Under the pieces are notes generated by a model that was not told the DNA's origin, ran no database searches, and saw nothing but the letters and a program-made list of their open reading frames with translations. Below are positions 57,203 through 64,000 of a stretch of 64,000 nucleotides of DNA, in pieces (positions within the stretch are counted from its first letter, which is position 1; the number at the start of each line of letters is the position of its first letter). The position numbers and the translations under genes were made by a program. The DNA is from Flectonema sp. DT1601 (Eukaryota). The stretch lies in assembly GCA_964019425.1 (NCBI GenBank), contig OZ025802.1, positions 744,001 to 808,000 of the forward strand. Direction: 5' to 3'.

Positions 57203-57370
57203 TTGTTAAGACAGAGAGACTTAGTTTAAGACACCCAAAAGGGGGGTGAAACTTTGACAATGTAAAAACAGTAACAACTTTAGATATTAAAAACAAAATC
57301 AATATCAAGTACTTGACTGAAAAATATTTTGTAGTTGTTAAGACAGAGAGACTTAGTCTAACACACCCAA
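57203..57370. repeat. 36-bp imperfect direct repeat (57203-57238 and 57335-57370)
   Basis: TTGTTAAGACAGAGAGACTTAGTYTAASACACCCAA occurs twice. Confidence 0.85.
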
Positions 57371-57469
57371 CACAGAGCGAAGGGGGGAAAAAAGACAGCA
57401 AAGAACTATTACACATCAGCCATTATTTGTTTATAGTTCCGTTTTTTTTTTTTTTTGTTTTTTTTTTTT

Positions 57470-58253
57470 GGGACTACCTCTAATTCCGCACAATTTTCAG
57501 TGTACCGTGAGTCTGACAGAATTGGTGGGCGGGGAGGCGCGCAGGGATGGGAAGGGTTGGGTAGTAAACAAAGACTACCAAAGCAACTGCCCAAACTTTC
57601 ACAGGAATGGGTATCCCTGCCATGTAACAAACGTATTACTCAGATTACTCAATTTGTTTTTCATTTGAACATAATATTACTTAGACAAAAAGGTGTATTG
57701 CTTCAACCCATTACTTTCCCATTCAACACATGTATAGATTCACGCTAATGGATTGATTGAAAGCTAATAACACAAACGGTCAAGGATGTGATGATGATAA
57801 AGTAATCTTCTTTCTGGAACTTCTGCTCAGGACATGCAATTGCGTCTTGTTGACACGCGGGAACCCTTCGAGCAGTACTGCGCTCTTGATAATTCAAAGT
57901 AGCCTTAAAAAAGCTCTCATGCTTGCATGAGTTAGATACCCTGATAACCCGGTCAGAAACAGGAGTGTCGCTTGCGACCAGGCTGTCTGTAACTCGCAGG
58001 TGTCTTGACTTTGAAATTCGGTTGGAATGACGTGTAAGAGGACAACAGTTCTCTGTAAGGTGACCCAGCCCTGCACACATACCGTTCTTTGCATGCACTC
58101 AGTAAATTTTTCAGAGGCTGAGAACACTATCAGGACCTGAAGCACAGCCTATAATACTGTACGATAGTTTGTGTGGAGCTGGCAATTTTTTCAAAACTTT
58201 GTGTTGAAATCCGGAATTTTGAAACACTTTGTGCGGAATTAGGGGTTTTCCCC
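57470..58253 (-). mobile_element. Non-autonomous TIR DNA transposon (MULE-like), ~780 bp
   Basis: 24-bp TIR with 21/24 match (GGGACTACCTCTAATTCCGCACAA versus the reverse complement of TTGTGCGGAATTAGGGGTTTTCCC). T-rich flanks on both sides. Internal decayed SWIM-like HSCF*PGYQ...CKH. Confidence 0.7.
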
Positions 58254-59405
58254 TATTTTTTTATTTTTTTTTTAATATCCCTTTTTTTTAAAGGAGCTTA
58301 AAAAGACAACACTTATTAAAAAATAATTTCAAAAAAAAAATTCTTAAATTCTACTAAGTTAGTTTTCTTTGTAGTACAGCAACTTTTAAGTGTTTTTTTT
58401 AATTCAGGTTTTTTATTTTATTTTTAAGTAAGTCTTTTCCTGACGTTTATATAAATTTGTTTTTAAAAATATGGAAATGATTCACCTTGTTTCATTTCAT
58501 TTTTTTTTTTTTTATCTTCCTCTTCTAACAAGAATTACAGGGGAAAACGGAAAAAGAGGAAAAAAAAAAAGAAAAAAAAAAAAACAACCTCATGGTGCAA
58601 CAAAGCATCATAATACTCAGGGTCTCGTTTTATTTATTTTTTCATCACATAAATTATTTTTTTTAATATTTTTTTTTTTTTGTTTTCTCTTATGTTCTCC
58701 TTTTTTTTTTTCTTCTTTTCAGAGACAGTATGGTATAAAAAAAAAAAAAAGAATTTGGCAAATCCTCACTAAATAATTATCACACTCATAAAGTAAGGAT
58801 ATTACGCTGCCAACAATTCTCTTTCGCTTATAACATGTCTTCGAGATGAAAAAAAAAAAAAAGGGAAAAAAATGATGACATGACGATTTAGAAAAATCAG
58901 TACCAAAATTAAAATCCTTAAAAATACACAAATATAAGTAACAAGGCTAAAACTGTGAAAGTTTATGACGTTGAAAAAATGAACGAAAAGAATCAATATT
59001 ATTTTATTCATTTTCTTTTTTTGTTTTAAAAAAAAAAAAAAAACAACACACACAATCCACAAATAAAGATGGGTACCAACAATTTCAAAAGGAGGGTGTG
59101 ATGGCCACTACATGGTTAGTAATTTTGATTTTCTTTTCCGCTGTCTAATCACATCGCGCTGCTTCTTGAAGATTGTTTGGCAGTAATATGGCGATGTGAT
59201 ATTTATCTAAAACAGGGATTATTATTTTTTTTTTTTTTTTTTTTTTTTGTACATAACGCTATGAACAACACACCAGCAGATCGGAACTCTACTCTAATTG
59301 TGTCAATTGGACCGCGTCAATTGGATCACCACATTGGTGAAAGCCAAAATAGTGGCGCATAATACGTTGTTGATTATTTAGGATTCAATCAGAATATAAA
59401 ACACT

Positions 59406-62400
59406 TCACAATCCCTCACTAAAGTTGGGCCGTTTTGAAGGCTGCAAGAACGTCGGAGAAGAGGAATTAAAAGAAGCGAATGATCCTAGAGTAGGTGAAG
59501 AAGCATTACCGTTGGCCCAACTTTTGAATGAGCCAGGAGCATTCGCCTCTGCAACCTTTTCTTGGGAGTTCAAAAGATCAAGAATCGGCAGTGAAGCGTT
59601 AGGTGAGAATCCCCCAATTGGTCCCCAACCATCGTCAAGATCAAGCTCGTCGTCTTCCTTTTGTTTACTTTTCTTTGAAGACTCTTCACTTTCAGGAGGT
59701 CTGTTTTTTTATTTTATTTTTTCTCATTCACTATTATTTCCAAAAAATAAAAAACGATCTCAAAAAAACACATACGTAGATATCTCCTTGGGACTAGAAA
59801 ACGAAGCTACCTCATTAGGAGACATGTCAGCATCAGGGCTAGGATTTGTAGCTGCGCGAGGCTGTTTTATTTTATTATTAATTTGTTTCCTTTTTCAGAT
59901 CCAACTGGCTAAAGATGAAGAAGAAGACACACAAACAATAAAAAAACAAAAAATCAGTGTGATATTTTACATAACGAACACCTTCTTGTCTTGAGGGGAA
60001 AAGAAAAAAAAAAGGGGGGTTAACTGTTCGAGTTTGTACGTAAAATACAAATGTATTGTATCATAAACAACATAACGATAATTTAACATTAGTTCTGAGA
60101 TACAGTTGACTAAAGATAATGTTAGTGTAGGTATACACTCTGCGATTGACGTAAATACTTTACATTATAATAAATGTTTCTAACTTAGCTGCATACACAT
60201 CTCTTTTTCCGTGTTGTCATTCAGTGCAGTACGGAAAAAAAAAGGGGGGGGGGGGGGGTAGGGGGGGGTACAAGCTGTCGATAAAGTACTTTTTCCGAAT
60301 TTTGGTAAATATAACCTTCCCGGGGGCAAAAATTACCCAGGACCCCATCAGAACCCCCAAAAATGTGATTTCGGGGCCGAAAAAACCTCGATTTGGCTGA
60401 TTTCGGCAAGGGAATGAAAAATCTCAAAAAGTGTGGACCGTGTGGTACCTGGGGGTCCAATTTTGAGGACTGTGAAATGCACCTTCAAATTTTTTTTTTT
60501 ACAATGAGAAGAGGTGAGTCTTGGTGTGCCCCTGTATGCGCAGTTTGCTAATATACCATTTCCGTATCAGTTTCCACCTCAAGAACACGCCACGAAAAAG
60601 AACAGCGCTCTCGCTCGGCCATGCTTGAGGCCACGAGGCTCACGGGCAGGATAACGCAGCGGAAAACAACGTTCTGCAGGGCAGCTCACAAAGTCATTCT
60701 GCGGAGGAGAGCATTGATCCCAGAGTGCATGAAAACACCTCCCGAGGCATCTCTGAAGTTACTCAACAACACTTGGACAGTCAGAAGTAAGATACGCGTG
60801 AGAAAGGGGTCAAGAAACGTCCAGTATCTGAATCGTGATCACAGAAGGCTCACAGAATAGAGAAAGCGCCACGTCAGTACCCTAAACAGGGATAATCCTG
60901 AAGACAGCTGTAGTGGTAGTGCGTCAAATAGCAGTGCCATAGATAAGCAGCAGCGACATAGGGCAACATGCCCTATCCAAAAAGCCATTCAAGGCATCAC
61001 TTAAGACCCAACCATACTCACCAGCAGGGCATACAAGACACTCTAGTATATGCAGCATAAGGAGAAGTACGAAAGACACACCCGCTTGCAACTGTACCCA
61101 AACGAGGGGGATATACTCCTGGAGTCTTGGAGTCGTAACAACACTGCAGATATTGCGGCAAGAAGGGATCGGCGCAGAGACATCCAACAAAGTCCTGAGT
61201 GAGTGACATAGTTGAAGCTGTCGCAGGTGCGCAGATGGAAGAGAAGCGGGTCGAAGTCACCAATTATATCTTGAAGGACAGTCCGACTTGTTGATGGATT
61301 CACAGGTGATCTGTCGGTGACCTGACTTCTTGAAGCAGCAGCTTCCTCCTCACCCTCCGTCACATCGCTGCAGCATGATACTTCCTCTAGTGCCCGTCGT
61401 GCTCGTGGGATGAAGCTAACAACCGTGGCGTTCGTTGTCATCCTGCACCCCTCAAGGGATGGGGAGGTTATTCAGTGTTGTTGATAGTTCTTGGTCAACT
61501 GATGGAACCAGTGGCGTGAATGCTACTCTACTGATAACGTACAACATATTCCAGAGGTACACGGACTTCCAAAGGCTACCACATCAACGCAGGACCACCG
61601 ACCCTCTTCAGATTGGCAAGAACAAGCACAACAGGAGGCGCTACAGGGGCTGAACGTACCACCCCGTCCTCACAGGGAAGACCTCTAGACAGCAAGGTCT
61701 AATACTAATCTGCCATCTGTATCCAAGGATTGGTCCTCTGTCTATCTTGTACAGAAAGAAGCACAGCTTCGGGCCGAATTTCGAAAGCTGAGCACATGGG
61801 ATGTTCAAGAGAAGGCCAGTAGCCTAAACATCGGACATGGGGGAATTAACAAGCCGGTCTGGTGGAGCATATTATTAAGGTTCAAATCAGGACGATAAAA
61901 ATAAAAATTGGGTTCCCATTTCATTCCCCACTCAACTCAGAGGGAAACCCTGGTTATGGATTGCTCAATGCACGGAATTACTTGTAATTTTTGTGAGCCC
62001 TCCTAACACACCCCTTGTTTTCACCCCCCTCAGGTACCACACGGTCCACACTTTTTGAGATTTTTCAAAGACTTGCTCTAAAGTGCCGAAGAACTGTTTC
62101 TTTGGATCGCAATCCCCATTTTTGGGGTATATGTTGCAGTTTTCATAATTTGGGTGCCCAAAAAACTTGTTCTCCGGAAAAAAACCGAAAGTGCCCAAAA
62201 TCTCCGTAAAATCGATGCTTGTACCCCCCCCTAGGGGGGGGGGGGGGACGAACTGAGATAAATAAATCCGAATATCAGCAACTATGACATACAGAGCTTT
62301 CGTGACTCACAGCAGGTGAGTTATTAAATAACAACGGAGACGCTGGTTGGAAAGTATTAGCCATAGGCTCCGACTTGACACTAGAGAATCCACCAGGCGA

Positions 62401-63134
62401 AGACGTCTGTGAATTGTATGGAACGGAAGAGCGACGGGGGCTTTGAGAGCGTCTTTTTGCCTCTGAACACCTGTTATGAGGTGTTTTCCAATGCTTATTT
62501 TTTCCAAGCTGAGCGTCACGTATGAAGGTTGAACTGCCATCGTGCCATTCAATTGTTGTTGGTTTACCGAGAAATGTTGAAGCAACAAGTTCGTACAGCT
62601 GAGCAAACTCTTCAATCGATTTTTGATCAGATCCGCAACGATTTCTGTTATCGTGGACCAGATGAAGTAATAAATCATGTTCACAGGATGACTGAGATGC
62701 AACCACATGCATCTCATAATACTCTCCAGTAGGAGTACGTTGTATCCTCACTGACACGACGTCTCCAAATCTTAAAAATCTTTTAACTTTTCCCTTTAAA
62801 TCTGTCATTAAGAAACAATACTTAGCCATAATCAATACCCGTTCTTGAAGCTTCTTATGATGATTCATTTTTGAACAGATCCTTATATGAGGCATATCTT
62901 CATGACCGAACCCTGATAGTCCGAGAGGTATTTCAGCTGGCGTTAGGTTCAATTTCTGCACAGCCTGTTTTTTTTTTTTTTTTTTTTTTTTTTTCTTCTC
63001 TCCCAAAAACAATACAAAGCTATATCCTAAATAACAATTAATCATACATGCACGCCCGTCAGCTTTGGTGGTGGAGATGTACTACTTGTTTGGGACAGCA
63101 TAGATGGAAAGCCATTTCCTAAAGTGTCAACCAT
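59406..63134 (-). CDS. Uncharacterised ~379-aa protein with PH-like domain; exons 63134-63048, 62964-62293, 59861-59776, 59700-59406
   Basis: Exons join in frame through three GTATG..AAACAG introns. KMNHHKKLQERVLIM..GKVKRFLRFGDV..EHDLLL resembles PH/myosin-TH1-like folds. Intron 2 (2431 nt) carries a transposon. Confidence 0.7.
60259..62233 (+). mobile_element. ~2-kb TIR DNA transposon with ~200-bp imperfect TIRs; decayed, intronic
   Basis: Perfect 17-bp termini TAGGGGGGGGTACAAGC / GCTTGTACCCCCCCCTA and a perfect 37-bp subterminal inverted repeat (60415-60451 / 62031-62067). Flanked by G15 and G14. The interior is more GC-rich, with broken ORFs. Confidence 0.88.
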
Positions 63135-63672
63135 TTTATTATTATTTTTTTTTTTTTTCCGTCTAACTCTAACTGATAAATATTTTTAAAAAATATTAAT
63201 TATCAACAAAAACCTTGCTATGCCATCTTTTTTCAGTTCTCAAAAAAAAAAAAAAAAAAAAACACCTGGAAAAGAAAAAACATTACTAATAGTTACAACA
63301 GACAATTAACAACTAAAAATAAGATAACCAAACAGCTGATAATGACAATGATGAATGCGAAAGGAATTCGTGGAAAAAAAAAAAGGGGGAGGGGGTGAAA
63401 AAAAAAATTAAAAAAGACAGTAACATCAACTGTCATAAAGCAAAGTATGTCGTGATGCGGTACTTACACTAGCAGGATATTACTTATCTCACAACGTTGT
63501 GAGGGTTCTTTCCAAAAAAAATCAAGAAGAGGAAAAAAAAAAAGGGGGGGCATGTAGAGATGCTGATGGAAAGAACACAAAAAAACGAAGTAAAAACATA
63601 AAAATAAATAATAAAAAAAAATTATGAAACCAATGCGACGTCATTTTCTAATTTCGAATTATTTTTATTTTT

Positions 63673-64000
63673 TTATCCACTAAAAAAGCTATCTCTGTTT
63701 TGCTCGAAGGCTTTTCTGTTAGTTTTTATTTTTTTTTTTTTTTTTTTTTTTTTTTTCCCCTCCCCCAAATTGTATTTATAAAAACAAAGAAACACATACT
63801 TGCACTGGTCATCATTCCACGCAATAGACGCGTTAAGAGAATTTATGAGCTGCGGGTTGATCTGATTTGTAGCAGCAACAAATGATTGAAAAGAACTACC
63901 ATTACATTGTTGAAGAGCCTCTAAGAAAGCTTTAAGGCGTTGAGCTTGATTTATTTCATCAATAACTGACCAGGAGATGTCATCATCTTCATCATCATCG
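63673..64000 (-). CDS. 3' end of a gene, possibly importin-beta family (importin-7/8-like acidic C-terminus); exons >64000-63800 and 63715-63673
   Basis: DDDEDDDISWSVIDEINQAQRLKAFLEALQQ...WNDDQCK|KAFEQNRDSFFSG*, with an 84-nt GTATGT..AAACAG intron. Family call is tentative. Confidence 0.55.
   Translation of the reverse strand, partial: DDDEDDDISWSVIDEINQAQRLKAFLEALQQCNGSSFQSFVAATNQINPQLINSLNASIAWNDDQCKYVFLCFYKYNLGEGKKKKKKKKKIKTNRKAFEQNRDSFFSG

Noticed and set aside
54144..59062. Many short poly-Lys/poly-Phe ORFs here and in other spacers
   Set aside because: Products of A/T homopolymer tracts, with no coding signal.
1..64000. tRNA, rRNA, SL RNA or C/D snoRNA genes
   Set aside because: None recognised by eye. 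A covariance-model search would be needed to exclude them.

Overview
AT-rich eukaryotic nuclear DNA, most likely a diplonemid-like euglenozoan. This is an inference from three things: every recognisable gene lies on the minus strand in one directional cluster, there are short GT-AG cis-introns, and pyrimidine-rich AG sites sit just upstream of start codons as expected for SL trans-splicing. The window is dominated by an intronless 23.8-kb gene for a 7929-aa type I membrane protein with about 72 near-identical 99-aa (297-bp), 14-Cys repeats. Other genes: a small-GTPase 5' end, a MINDY deubiquitinase, a PTB/hnRNP-L-like RRM protein, three tandem RPS21 genes, an amino-acid transporter, a probable DMT-type membrane protein, RPS30, a reconstructed 5-exon ~7TM receptor-like protein, a thiolase, an SGNH hydrolase, two tandem GSTs, ATAT1, a PH-like protein and the 3' end of an importin-like gene. 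Not shown by the ORF track: (i) 13 reconstructed introns (one tentative), all ending in ACAG after A/CA-rich rather than pyrimidine tracts; (ii) two decayed TIR transposons with MULE-like remnants; (iii) several short tandem or dispersed non-coding repeats.
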